Source: a virus
Lineage: Duplodnaviria; Caudoviricetes
IMG/VR virus record: IMGVR_UViG_3300043753_000018
Location: 1-52,851 of that record
Direction: 5' to 3' (one strand)
DNA length: 52,851 nucleotides
A program made the translations under genes and the position numbers. The notes under the pieces are model-generated. The model searched no databases, had not been told where the DNA came from, and was given only the letters and a program-made list of their open reading frames with translations. This document shows, one piece after another, positions 1 to 9,343 of the stretch. Numbering within the stretch: position 1 is the stretch's first letter; every line of letters begins with the position of its first letter.

Positions 1-2
1 CC

Positions 3-36
3 AGCCCCGTCCACCCCGCCGGTGACGGGGCTTTCT
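3..36 (+). terminator. Putative intrinsic terminator/hairpin upstream of tRNA
   Basis: agccccgtc...gacggggct stem followed by ttctc. Confidence 0.5.
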
Positions 37-45
37 CATGCCCAA

Positions 46-119
46 TCCCCGCTGGTGCAACTGGCAGCACGCCGCGCTCTGGACGCGGAGACTTCGTGGT
101 TCGAATCCACGGTGGGGAG
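46..119 (+). tRNA. tRNA-Gln(CTG)
   Basis: Acceptor stem TCCCCGC/GTGGGGA, anticodon arm CCGCG-CT-CTG-GA-CGCGG, T arm CGTGG-TTCGAAT-CCACG, discriminator G; CCA not encoded. Confidence 0.92.
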
Positions 120-246
120 CTCGACGGCACGGATGCCGATGCAGTGTCCGGACGGCGCAGGAGTACGCACCCTGCCCGTGCCGCCAACCATGCCCGGGCG
201 CGGCCCGCCGGCAGGACTCCCCAACCTCACCCCCTGGAGCACCCTC

Positions 247-531
247 ATGCCCAGCACCCGCGCCCGCAGCACCCTGCGCGCCGTCTCCCGTGACGAGCAG
301 CGCGCCACCGCCCGCCCCAACCCGGGCCACGGCAAGAGCCGCACCGAACGCCGCAAGCACGGCTGGCGCGGCGACCTCGGCGCCAGCATCCGCACCCCGC
401 GGCCGATGCGCCGGCACTTCGGCGGCATCCTCAGCACGTTCGGCCTCCGCATCCCGACCTCCGGCCAGATCCGAATCGACGCCAAGCGCAACGCCCGCGC
501 CGCCTTCTGGGCCGAGCGCTGCATCGGCTGA
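247..531 (+). CDS. Small basic hypothetical protein
   Basis: GGAG RBS before ATG 247; GC3-rich codons. Confidence 0.6.
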   Translation: MPSTRARSTLRAVSRDEQRATARPNPGHGKSRTERRKHGWRGDLGASIRTPRPMRRHFGGILSTFGLRIPTSGQIRIDAKRNARAAFWAERCIG

Positions 532-533
532 CC

Positions 534-764
534 ATGGCCGAACTCAATCCGCTCCAGGTCGACTGTCCGCTGTGCGGCGAGCCCATCCAACTACCAGCGG
601 GCCTCGTGCTCGACGGTGGGCCCGAGCCCACCAGGGCGGACATCCTCATCGACCTCGATCCAGCCCGGCGGCATGCCCGAACCCACGCTCCCGATCCTGC
701 GGACGTCGATGCCAGGGGGCCCGTGATGAGCGCCGCGCTGGCCACCTTCGGCATCCCCTGGTAG
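534..764 (+). CDS. Hypothetical protein with CxxC motif
   Basis: ORF directly after previous gene; CPLCG motif. Confidence 0.55.
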   Translation: MAELNPLQVDCPLCGEPIQLPAGLVLDGGPEPTRADILIDLDPARRHARTHAPDPADVDARGPVMSAALATFGIPW

Positions 765-835
765 CCGACGATCTGCGCCGGCTCGGCTTGGACTGACCAG
801 CGCATCAACCGCCCCAACCCTCAACGGAGGAAACC

Positions 836-1120
836 ATGTCCAAGATCGCCGACGCCCTTCACGACCTCCTTCACAAGGTCGCCGAGCGGTTCGAGGAGGT
901 AGGCCACCCGGCCGCCGCCGAACTCCGCGCCATCCACACCCGCCTCCACACCGACGCCGCCACCGTCACCGGTGACGCGGCCGCTGACGCCCGTCACATC
1001 GAGGCCGACGCCGAGCACGCTGCGGGCCCGGTCGTCGCCGAGGCCGCCCACGACGCCGAGCACCTCACCGCCCCGACCACGCCCACCGCCGAGCCCCCGG
1101 CGGCCACCCCCGCCAGCTGA
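836..1120 (+). CDS. Hypothetical protein
   Basis: Strong GGAGG RBS; TGATG coupling to next gene. Confidence 0.75.
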   Translation: MSKIADALHDLLHKVAERFEEVGHPAAAELRAIHTRLHTDAATVTGDAAADARHIEADAEHAAGPVVAEAAHDAEHLTAPTTPTAEPPAATPAS

Positions 1121-1572
1121 TGGCACGGCCCCCGGCGAACCGGCGACCGGCCCACCAGGTGCCGGTCACCGAGCGCCGGCGGGCCGCCGTCCAACTCAAG
1201 ATCCAGGGGAAGAGCTGGCAGGAGATCGCCGACCTGCTCGGCTACGACTCCAAAGGCTCAGCCTGCGGCGACGTCCGGCGCGCCCTGGAGAACGCCGTCA
1301 AGGCGCTCTCCATCCCGCTGGAGGAGTACCGGCAGCTGGAGCTGGACCGGCTCGACGTCATGCAAGACGCCCTGTGGCCCAAGGTGCTGGAGGGCGACAC
1401 CCGGGCCATCGACACCGCACTCCGACTCATGGACCGCCGCGCGAGACTACTCGGCTTGGACGCACCGACCCGCACCGAGGGGGTGCTGACCCTCGATGCC
1501 ATCGACGCCAGCATCGCCCACCTCACAGCCCAGATCGACGCTGCTCGAACACAAGCTGACCAGGCTGAATGA
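1120..1572 (+). CDS. terS: Terminase small subunit
   Basis: N-terminal HTH (GKSWQEIADLLGY), RRARLLGLDAP motif, directly upstream of TerL. Confidence 0.8.
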   Translation: MARPPANRRPAHQVPVTERRRAAVQLKIQGKSWQEIADLLGYDSKGSACGDVRRALENAVKALSIPLEEYRQLELDRLDVMQDALWPKVLEGDTRAIDTALRLMDRRARLLGLDAPTRTEGVLTLDAIDASIAHLTAQIDAARTQADQAE

Positions 1573-3070
1573 GCTGCGCCGACTGATCGCCGAACGCGAC
1601 CAGCTGGAGGCCGAACGGCTCCGCAACCTCGACGTGTTCGCGGCCCTCGGCTTCACGCCCAACCCCGGTCCGCAGAGCCGCTTCCTCGACCTGCCCGACG
1701 AGAACATCGACGTCCTCTACGGCGGGGCAGCCGGCGGATCCAAGTCCACCAGCCTCCTTCTCTACTCCCTGCGCTCCTGCCAGCGGTACCCCGGCCTCCA
1801 GGCGTTCTGGTTCCGGCGCACCTTCCCCGAGTTGGAGCACTCGGTGCTGCGCATGCTGACCCGCTACCAGCACGCGCGCAGGCTCGGCGCCCGCTGGAAC
1901 GGCAGCAAGTACGAGTTGCGGTTCCCCAACGGCTCGACGCTGACGTTCGGGCACGCCAAGAGCGTTGACGAAGCCGTGGCGCTCCAGAGCGCGGAGATCA
2001 ACCTCCTGCTGCTGGACGAGCGCACCACGATCCCCCCGGACGTGGTGGACATGCTCTACACCCGCGTCCGGTCCGGTGTCGAAGGCGTCCCTTGCCTGGG
2101 CATCCGATCCGCTACGAACCCGGGCGGCATCGGCCACTCCCGGGTGAAAGCCGAGTACGTGGACGCAACCGACCAAGGGCGCCAGGAGATCACCGACAAG
2201 GCCCAACGCCGACGGCTGTTCATCCAGGCCCGCACGTCCGACACCCCGCAGCTCGGCGCCCAGTACGAGGCATCCCTGGGTGGCCTGGACGAGAAGCTCC
2301 GCAAGGCCTTCTTGGACGGCGACTGGAACGTCTTCGCTGGTCAAGCCTTCTCGTCCTGGCGCTACGACCGGCACACCGTCGAACCGATGCCCCTACCCGC
2401 CAGCTGGCGTCGCCTCGCCGGCGTGGACTGGGGCTTCGCCAAACCGTGGGCCGTGGTCTGGTGCGCGGTCGACGAAGACGGACGCGCGTGGCTCTACCGC
2501 GAGCTGTACGCGACACAGGTCGGCGAGGCCGAGCAGGCACAGCGGATCGTCTCGGCGGAGGCTGGCGAACAGGTCTCGGTCCGGTATGCGGATGACGCCA
2601 TGTGGGCCAGCAGGGGTGACGCCAAGGCCATCTCCACCGTGTACGCGGAGAACGGGGCGCACCTGACGAGGGCGGGCAAGGGCGAGCGGCTCATCGGCTG
2701 GCAGCGCGTGCGCTCCTACCTGGCCGACGGACCAGCGTGCGCACACCACCGCGCGCAGGGCTGGACGGAGTGCCCGATGCTGCACGTCTTCCAGTCGTGC
2801 TCGGACTTCATCCGCACCCTGCCATCCGTGCCGCACGCAACGACGGGCAATCCCGAGGACATCGACACCAACGCCGAGGACCACATGGCGGATGCGTTGC
2901 GCTACCTGTTGATCAACCTCGGCGGCGGGGCGTCGCTGCTGCTGCACGACGACAAGCCCGAGACGGCCGACGGCCTGCTCCAACCGTTCGGTCTCTACGC
3001 CGTCCCGCCCGAGCTGGCCCCCAACCCGCTCGCCGGCGACGGCAGCACCCAGAGATCCCCATGGGCGTAA
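1496..3070 (+). CDS. terL: Terminase large subunit
   Basis: Walker A YGGAAGGSKS, Walker B LLLLDE, ATNPGG coupling motif, nuclease DWG and DHMADALRY. Confidence 0.95.
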   Translation: MPSTPASPTSQPRSTLLEHKLTRLNELRRLIAERDQLEAERLRNLDVFAALGFTPNPGPQSRFLDLPDENIDVLYGGAAGGSKSTSLLLYSLRSCQRYPGLQAFWFRRTFPELEHSVLRMLTRYQHARRLGARWNGSKYELRFPNGSTLTFGHAKSVDEAVALQSAEINLLLLDERTTIPPDVVDMLYTRVRSGVEGVPCLGIRSATNPGGIGHSRVKAEYVDATDQGRQEITDKAQRRRLFIQARTSDTPQLGAQYEASLGGLDEKLRKAFLDGDWNVFAGQAFSSWRYDRHTVEPMPLPASWRRLAGVDWGFAKPWAVVWCAVDEDGRAWLYRELYATQVGEAEQAQRIVSAEAGEQVSVRYADDAMWASRGDAKAISTVYAENGAHLTRAGKGERLIGWQRVRSYLADGPACAHHRAQGWTECPMLHVFQSCSDFIRTLPSVPHATTGNPEDIDTNAEDHMADALRYLLINLGGGASLLLHDDKPETADGLLQPFGLYAVPPELAPNPLAGDGSTQRSPWA

Positions 3071-3186
3071 CCGACGACACCGGCCCGGACGAGCCGCCCG
3101 GCGAGGACCTGGACCAGGACGGCGACGACACCGGCCCCATGACCGCCGAACGCGCCTCCGCGCTGATCGCGAAACGCATCTACTGA
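3061..3186 (+). CDS. Short acidic hypothetical protein
   Basis: 41-aa ORF filling the TerL-portal gap, GC3-rich. Confidence 0.4.
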   Translation: MGVTDDTGPDEPPGEDLDQDGDDTGPMTAERASALIAKRIY

Positions 3187-3199
3187 CAGGGGGTGGGCT

Positions 3200-4729
3200 G
3201 TGGCCTGGTACGACCGCCTACTCCGCCGCTCGGTCGACGAGGCGGCCTCCGCGCCGGAAACCGCCGGCAGCACCCCGCCGAGGCTCGGCTTCGAGTACGG
3301 CATCGGCCGGATGGGCCTGACCGAGTGGAACCAGGGCAACGACGGCAGCGGGACCGCGCAGAACCGGGCCGCCCAGCTGGGTGAGCTGTACGACGCGTAC
3401 CTTGCCTGCCCGTGGGCGTCTGCTTGCGTGGACACGATCGCGCGCACGATCACCGCGGGCGGCGTGGAGGTCAGCTGGTGCGCGGACACTGGCGAGGGCG
3501 AGGAGATCCCGCCCAAGCCCGCCAACGTCCTCCAGCTCCAGGCGCTGCTCGACTACATCAACCCCCGCGAGGACGTCCGCCAGCTGCTGCGCGGCGCCCT
3601 CACGGACCTGCTGGTGTTCGGCGACTCGTTCATCGAGGTCGTGTGGTTCCTCGGCCTGCCGATCGCCTTGTACAGCCTGGACGTGCCGAGCATGCGGATC
3701 ATCGCCGACCCGCACGGCGAGGTCGAGAAGTTCGTCCAGATCACCGAACAGGGCCAGCGCGCGGAGTTCGCGCCCGAGCAGGTCATCCACATCAGTCTCG
3801 ACAGTCCGCGTGGCGGCCTGTACGGCGTCTCCCCGACGCAGAAGGCGCTCCTGTCGGTCACGACGTGGCTTTTCTTCAAGGCCACGCAGAAGGAGCTCGG
3901 CCGCAAGGGCGTGCCGCCGGTGCTGCACGTGGACCAGCCGGTCGGGATGACGGACGCGGACATGCGCCGCTGGGATGCCCAGTACCGGCAGCGCAACCTC
4001 GGCTCCCGCAACATCGGCGCGCCGATCATTACCCGGGCCGGCGCGGCCGTTGGCGAGCTGCAGCCCGCCAAGTTGGCGGACATCGAGTCCACGCTGACTC
4101 AGTGCCGCGACGAGGGCCTGACCGTCTACGGTGTGCCGCCGGCACAGATCGGGATCATCGAGTCCGGCAGCTTGGGCGGCGGCACCGGGGAGAGCCAGTT
4201 CAAATCGTTCCAGGTCAACACCTGCCAGCCGTACGCTCAGGCGCTCCTGGAGAAGCTCAACTTCGCGCTGTTGCGGGCCTTCGGCATCACGGACTGGACG
4301 ATCAACTTCGGGTCCATCGACTGGCGTGACTCCCAGGTGATCGAGAACATCTACGACACCCGGCTGCGCAACGGCGCCTGGACGCTGAACAAGTACCGCG
4401 ACGCGATCGGCGAACCGCCGGTCGACGGCGGCGACGACGCCGTGCTGGTGGACAGGCAGAACCTGGTGCTGTGGGCCGACATGGCCCGCATGTCCGAGGC
4501 AGTGATCTCCAAGGCCGCCGCGCCGGCCGCGGCGGCAGGGATCGACGTCACGGCAGCCGGGGTGGACATGGTCCCCGAGCCGGAGCCCGAGCCGACACCG
4601 CCCGCCCTCGCCCCGTTCGCAGGCCAGCCCCCACAGGGCAACGAGCAGCCCGAGGACGACCGGCCGCCCGAGGAGACGTGGGATGACCTCTACCAGCGAC
4701 TCCTCACCGAGGCCCTCGCCCGACTCTGA
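3200..4729 (+). CDS. Portal protein (HK97-like)
   Basis: Follows TerL; motifs DLLVFGDSF, EQVIH, GLYGVSP, YGVPP, WTLNKYR. Confidence 0.92.
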   Translation: MAWYDRLLRRSVDEAASAPETAGSTPPRLGFEYGIGRMGLTEWNQGNDGSGTAQNRAAQLGELYDAYLACPWASACVDTIARTITAGGVEVSWCADTGEGEEIPPKPANVLQLQALLDYINPREDVRQLLRGALTDLLVFGDSFIEVVWFLGLPIALYSLDVPSMRIIADPHGEVEKFVQITEQGQRAEFAPEQVIHISLDSPRGGLYGVSPTQKALLSVTTWLFFKATQKELGRKGVPPVLHVDQPVGMTDADMRRWDAQYRQRNLGSRNIGAPIITRAGAAVGELQPAKLADIESTLTQCRDEGLTVYGVPPAQIGIIESGSLGGGTGESQFKSFQVNTCQPYAQALLEKLNFALLRAFGITDWTINFGSIDWRDSQVIENIYDTRLRNGAWTLNKYRDAIGEPPVDGGDDAVLVDRQNLVLWADMARMSEAVISKAAAPAAAAGIDVTAAGVDMVPEPEPEPTPPALAPFAGQPPQGNEQPEDDRPPEETWDDLYQRLLTEALARL

Positions 4730-5492
4730 CCGGCCCGCAACCCTCCAACTCGGCCAGCTCACCGGGCAGTGGCGGCAGGTCTACGCGGCACGCGCCGCGC
4801 TGCACGCCACCGCGGACGCCACCGTCCTGACCGCCTGGCGGCGCGACCTGCGCGACGTTCGGATCGGCGACCTGGTGCGCCAGTTCCGGCAGGCGGCCGG
4901 TGTCGGCGAGGACCACCTGGACGCCGAACAGCGCCGTCACCACGCCGTCGCGCTGGTGCTGGCCGCGCTCATGGCTCAGCCGTGGACGCGGACCCGCGCC
5001 GCGCTGCGGCTCGCGATCCAGCGGGCCCGGGCCGCCGGCCGCGACGCGGTCGCCCAGCTGGCCGGAGACGACCAGGGCGACGAGGACGACCAGGGCGACG
5101 AGGACGGCGAGGAACCCGCCGCCAACGACGCGCCCGGCCCGGCTCTGACCGGGACGCTCCTCGGCCCGATCCTGGCCGCCGCCGCCCGGCGGGCGGCCCG
5201 ACTGCTGGCCACTCCCGGCGGCGACCAGGCGGACGCCCTGCGCGCCCTGCTCACGGCCGGCGCCGACCTGCTGACCGCCACCGACCTGATCGTGTCCCGG
5301 GCCTACACCTCGGCACTGGTCGGGGCGTGGCGCACACGCGGCGCCCAGCAGCTCGACTACGTGACCGCCGGGGACGGCCGGGTCTGCCCGGCCTGCGAGT
5401 CCGCCGAGGACGGCAGCCCGTACCCGGCCGCGACCGTCCCGCAGCCGCCCCTTCACCCACGCTGCCGCTGCATCGTGCAGCCCACCACCTGA
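4683..5492 (+). CDS. Head morphogenesis protein (MuF/SPP1 gp7-like)
   Basis: C-terminal TAGDGRVCPAC...PPLHPRCRC; follows portal. Confidence 0.82.
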   Translation: MTSTSDSSPRPSPDSDRPATLQLGQLTGQWRQVYAARAALHATADATVLTAWRRDLRDVRIGDLVRQFRQAAGVGEDHLDAEQRRHHAVALVLAALMAQPWTRTRAALRLAIQRARAAGRDAVAQLAGDDQGDEDDQGDEDGEEPAANDAPGPALTGTLLGPILAAAARRAARLLATPGGDQADALRALLTAGADLLTATDLIVSRAYTSALVGAWRTRGAQQLDYVTAGDGRVCPACESAEDGSPYPAATVPQPPLHPRCRCIVQPTT

Positions 5493-5504
5493 CGGAGGCT
5501 CACC

Positions 5505-5894
5505 ATGCCGCACGGCCCGCTCGTCAACGCCGGCCCCCGCGACCCGATCACCGTGTTCTCGGCGGTCGGCCAAACCATCACCGCGAGCGCCGACAGCGGG
5601 GGGCTGGACTTCAGCCAGATCAGCTCAGGCATCGCGTCCGTGTACGTGAACGGCGCCAGCGGCACGACCCCCTCGATGACCTGCTACATCGACGTGCAGG
5701 ACGCCAACGGGCTGTGGCTCCAGGTGGCCACGATCGGAGTAGCGCTCACGTCCGGCCCCAACTTCACCTTCGGCAACTTCGGTCCCGCCAGCGGCTCCGG
5801 CTACGTCCTCACCGGCACCGGGCGCCTGCGGTGGGCCGTTACCGGCACCACGCCGAGCTTCACCGGCGTCAACTTCTCCGTGATCGGCAGGTGA
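5505..5894 (+). CDS. Hypothetical beta-rich virion protein
   Basis: GGAGG RBS; Ser/Thr/Gly-rich composition; in head module. Confidence 0.65.
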   Translation: MPHGPLVNAGPRDPITVFSAVGQTITASADSGGLDFSQISSGIASVYVNGASGTTPSMTCYIDVQDANGLWLQVATIGVALTSGPNFTFGNFGPASGSGYVLTGTGRLRWAVTGTTPSFTGVNFSVIGR

Positions 5895-5898
5895 GCCT

Positions 5899-7545
5899 GT
5901 GCCCGGAATCGCCACGATCCGCGGGACCGCGATCCGCCCCGGCGTCTCCCGCAACGGCCGCCTCTACACCCGCGAGGTCCTCGCCGCCACCGTGGCGAAG
6001 GCCCGGGAGCGCATCGCGTCGGGGCCGCCGCTGACGATGCTCACCCACCACGGCGCCGAGGACGACTCCTCACGGATCGTCGGGCGCCTCACCGCACTGG
6101 AGCAGCGCGACGACGGCTCGGTCGGGTTCACTGCCGAGCTCGCCGACACCGCGCACGGCCGCGACCTGGCCGCCCTGGTCACCGGCGACGAGCCGTTCCT
6201 CGACGGGGTCAGCATCCGCGGCTGGTGGGAGGGCTCGGTCCGGACGGTGCAGCACGACGGACAGCGCGTCGAGACCGCGGACTCGCTGACGCTGGACGGC
6301 CTGGACTTCACGAAAACGCCTGGCGTTCCCGGTGCCCGGGTCGAGGTCGTGGGCGAGCTCGCACACGAGTCGGCCGACGGCCGGCACCTGGTCTACGAGT
6401 CCATCACCGAGGCCTCCGCAGCGAAGGTCCGGGCGCCGTACGGCGCTGTGCAGTACGCGGACCCGGGCTACCGAGACGGCGTGAAGCGCTACCCGATCGA
6501 CACCGCCAAGCACGCCCGCGCGGCCTGGTCGTACATCAACCAGGCGAAGAACGCCGCCGGTTACACCCCCCAGCAGCTCAAGCGCATCCGGTCGCGGATC
6601 AAGGCGGCCCTGAAGCGATTCGGAGTCACCGTGTCCGAGACCACCAACTTCGGGGCCGTCACCGAGTTCTACGGCGACGTGCCCAGCGGCGAGGGCGGCG
6701 GGTTCTGCATCGACGCCTACAACGGCCCCGTGTCGATCACCCTGCGCTGCTGCGGCATCGACCCTGCCGAGCTGCGCGTGATCGCCGCAGCCGCGATGGA
6801 CGCCGCCGTTGGCGCGCTCCAGTGCCTCGACCCGGACATGGACGCCGACATCGACGTGCCGGGCGCCCCGGATGCCGACACCGACGGCTCCATGGAGGCC
6901 GGCGGTCGTCCGGACGACGACCAGATGGAGAGCGTCCATCGCCATGTGGCCCCCGGCGAGGAGGCCACTGCCGAGCACTGGGACCTGGTGCGCCGCGCGG
7001 GCATCCCCACCCCGCCTGGCACCCACCTGACGGCCTCGATGGTCAACCAGGCCATCAACATCCTCGCCGAGACCACCCCGACCGGCCCGGCCGGGGAGAC
7101 CACCGAACACCAGGAGGTGCCCGCCGTGAGCGAGCAGCCCACCAACGCGGCCGTCGCCGAGGCGGCCACCACCCCGGCCGCCCCGCAGATCGTCCTCACG
7201 CAGGAGCAGTTCGCCGCCCTGCTCAACCACGTCGGCACCACGCCGGCCGCTCCCGCGCCCGCGGCGACCGAGTCCGCCCCGGCCCCGGCGCCCGTCGCCG
7301 AGACCCAGGAGCAGATGATCGCCCGCCTCATCACCACCGGCGTCGCCACCGCCGTGGAGACGCTGAAGGCCGACCTGCGCACCGAGATGCAGCAGGTCGG
7401 GCCCCAGCGCATCGGCCTGGCCATCCGGACCAAGACCACCGAGTCGGACATGCCCACCGACCGGTCCTTCGACGAGCTGCCCCAGGCCCAGCGCGACCAG
7501 CTGGAGCGCGACGGCCTGCTCCGGGCCTTCGGCTTCGCCAAGTAG
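5899..7545 (+). CDS. Capsid maturation protease fused to DUF6582-like domain and scaffold
   Basis: N-terminal SRNGRLYT...H...GVSIRG protease-like region; YADPGY...RYPIDT...ARAAWSYIN domain; Ala/Pro-rich scaffold-like C terminus; precedes capsid gene. Confidence 0.8.
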   Translation: MPGIATIRGTAIRPGVSRNGRLYTREVLAATVAKARERIASGPPLTMLTHHGAEDDSSRIVGRLTALEQRDDGSVGFTAELADTAHGRDLAALVTGDEPFLDGVSIRGWWEGSVRTVQHDGQRVETADSLTLDGLDFTKTPGVPGARVEVVGELAHESADGRHLVYESITEASAAKVRAPYGAVQYADPGYRDGVKRYPIDTAKHARAAWSYINQAKNAAGYTPQQLKRIRSRIKAALKRFGVTVSETTNFGAVTEFYGDVPSGEGGGFCIDAYNGPVSITLRCCGIDPAELRVIAAAAMDAAVGALQCLDPDMDADIDVPGAPDADTDGSMEAGGRPDDDQMESVHRHVAPGEEATAEHWDLVRRAGIPTPPGTHLTASMVNQAINILAETTPTGPAGETTEHQEVPAVSEQPTNAAVAEAATTPAAPQIVLTQEQFAALLNHVGTTPAAPAPAATESAPAPAPVAETQEQMIARLITTGVATAVETLKADLRTEMQQVGPQRIGLAIRTKTTESDMPTDRSFDELPQAQRDQLERDGLLRAFGFAK

Positions 7546-7629
7546 TAGCCCGCTCAACAGCTGAACATCCGACCGCCCCAGCCGATCGAGCTGGGGTGCC
7601 CGCCATGGCAGCGATGGTCACCCACCCCT

Positions 7630-7662
7630 GAGCCCCGAGCCGATCCGGCCGGGGCTTTTCTC
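7630..7662 (+). terminator. Hairpin plus T tract between protease and capsid genes
   Basis: agccccg...cggggct followed by tttctc. Confidence 0.5.
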
Positions 7663-7685
7663 ATGCCCCGGAAGGACCCATCGCC

Positions 7686-9053
7686 ATGGCGACCGAACTG
7701 AAGGAGGCGCTGACTGCTGCTGGCAGCTCCGCGCTTATCCCGAAGGTCATCGACCCCCAGCTCCTCGACTACCAGCGGCGTTACAGCCCGCTGGTCCGCG
7801 TCACGCCGACCAAGCAAATCGCGACCACGACGTATTACTTCAATCAGTTGACCAACAGGGTCGCTGGTGGCTTCGTGACCGATGGCGGCGCCCGCCCGGT
7901 CGCGAACAGCACGTACGTGCAGAACAGCTTCCAGATCAAGCAGTTGCAGGCCGTGGGCGGGGTCACGGGCTACGCCCAGAAGGTGACTCAGGATGTGATT
8001 GGTGACCTGCTCGCGCAGGAAATCCAGTCGACGATCCAGGGCCAGTACTGGGACATCGAGACCGCGATGCTGTGGGGCAACTCCGCCGCCACCGCGAACG
8101 ACCCGTGGCCGCAGTTCGACGGCCTCGACACCCTCGTGTCCGCGTACAGCGGTACCGGCCAGAACGTCATCGCCGGCGGCGGCAACGCCCTGTCGCTGTC
8201 CTACCTCAACAAGCTCATCGACCTCGTCCAGTCGAACGCCGCGATGTCGCCGTTCAACACCGGATGGATGATCATCGGGTCGTCCACGGCGTTCTCCATG
8301 CTGGCCGGACTCCTCGTCAACCAGCAGCGGTTCATGGACGTCGAGGTCAAGCCCGGCCTGGTCGTGCAGTCCTACCGCAACATCCCGCTGATCGAGTCGT
8401 CCTTCATCGGCACGCACCAGGTCAACTTCGGCACCGTCACCACCGGCACCGCCACCACCGGCGGCACCCTGGCGGCCGGCACCTACAAGTACCAGGTGTC
8501 CGCGGTCATCGCCCGCTCCGGCGAGACCATCGCCTGCTCCGAGGTGTCACAGACCACCACCGGCTCCACCTCCACGGTGACCCTGTCGTTCACCACCCCG
8601 ACGGGCCTGGACTCGGCGAGCCCGATCTCGTTCAAGGTGTACCGCACCAGCGGCGCGACCGGCACCGAGACGCTGCTCGGCTACGTCGACGCGATCGTCG
8701 GCACCGCCGCGGACGGCATCACCCCCATCTACGCCACCTCGATCGTCGACACCGGCACCGCGCTGGTGCCGCAGAACGGCGCCACCGTCCCCGGCGTCCT
8801 GCCGACCAGCTACAACGGCACCAACACGGGCGCCGTGCCGCGGGCCAACGGGACCATCGAGGACCTGTACCTCGTGCCCCGCGACCCCAACTTCCTGGTG
8901 AGGCCGTACGTGCGCGAGCTGCAGCCGATCGAGGTCGCGCCCACGGTTTTGTCGCCGGACACGCTGCCGTTCGCGCTGGCCACGGACACCTGCCTGGCTG
9001 TCCGGGCACCGAAGTTCATGGCGAAGCTGTCGAACGTCGCCGTCTCGCTGTAG
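7686..9053 (+). CDS. Major capsid protein with internal Thr/Gly-rich beta-domain insertion
   Basis: Position; LIPKVIDPQL, ETAMLWG...FDGL capsid-type motifs. Confidence 0.85.
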   Translation: MATELKEALTAAGSSALIPKVIDPQLLDYQRRYSPLVRVTPTKQIATTTYYFNQLTNRVAGGFVTDGGARPVANSTYVQNSFQIKQLQAVGGVTGYAQKVTQDVIGDLLAQEIQSTIQGQYWDIETAMLWGNSAATANDPWPQFDGLDTLVSAYSGTGQNVIAGGGNALSLSYLNKLIDLVQSNAAMSPFNTGWMIIGSSTAFSMLAGLLVNQQRFMDVEVKPGLVVQSYRNIPLIESSFIGTHQVNFGTVTTGTATTGGTLAAGTYKYQVSAVIARSGETIACSEVSQTTTGSTSTVTLSFTTPTGLDSASPISFKVYRTSGATGTETLLGYVDAIVGTAADGITPIYATSIVDTGTALVPQNGATVPGVLPTSYNGTNTGAVPRANGTIEDLYLVPRDPNFLVRPYVRELQPIEVAPTVLSPDTLPFALATDTCLAVRAPKFMAKLSNVAVSL

Positions 9054-9111
9054 CCCACCGGTCCGGCCCCGACTACTCCCGGGGCCGGGCCCCCATGGAA
9101 GGAGGCCCGCT

Positions 9112-9339
9112 GTGCGGCTGCGCAAGAAGGGCACCGGGTCCAGCTCCCACGGCCACGTCTGGACCGAGCCGGGCCAGGTTTTGGATATCCCGGTCGAGGA
9201 CGCCGCCGAGCTGGTCGCGATCGCCCCGCACGAGTTCGAGGCGCTGCCGGACGCGCCGGAGCCGCCCAGCGAGGGCGACCCGAACGAGGCGCGGAAGCAG
9301 CGCCCGGGCGGCCGCCGGACGGCCGTAACCGAGGCCTGA
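9112..9339 (+). CDS. Hypothetical protein (head-associated)
   Basis: AGGAGG RBS before GTG; directly after capsid gene. Confidence 0.7.
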   Translation: MRLRKKGTGSSSHGHVWTEPGQVLDIPVEDAAELVAIAPHEFEALPDAPEPPSEGDPNEARKQRPGGRRTAVTEA

Positions 9340-9343
9340 ACCG

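Larger units (their letters stand above)
1..127 (+). repeat. Terminal direct repeat, copy 1 (probable assembly overlap)
   Basis: Identical to 52725-52851. Confidence 0.95.

Noticed and set aside
46-119. tRNA as an amber suppressor or as attP
   Set aside because: The anticodon is CTG, not CTA; genes end normally at TAG; it is far from the integrase.
5066-5110. Tandem GACGACCAGGGCGACGAG duplication in the MuF-like gene
   Set aside because: Short in-frame acidic linker duplication with no further structure.
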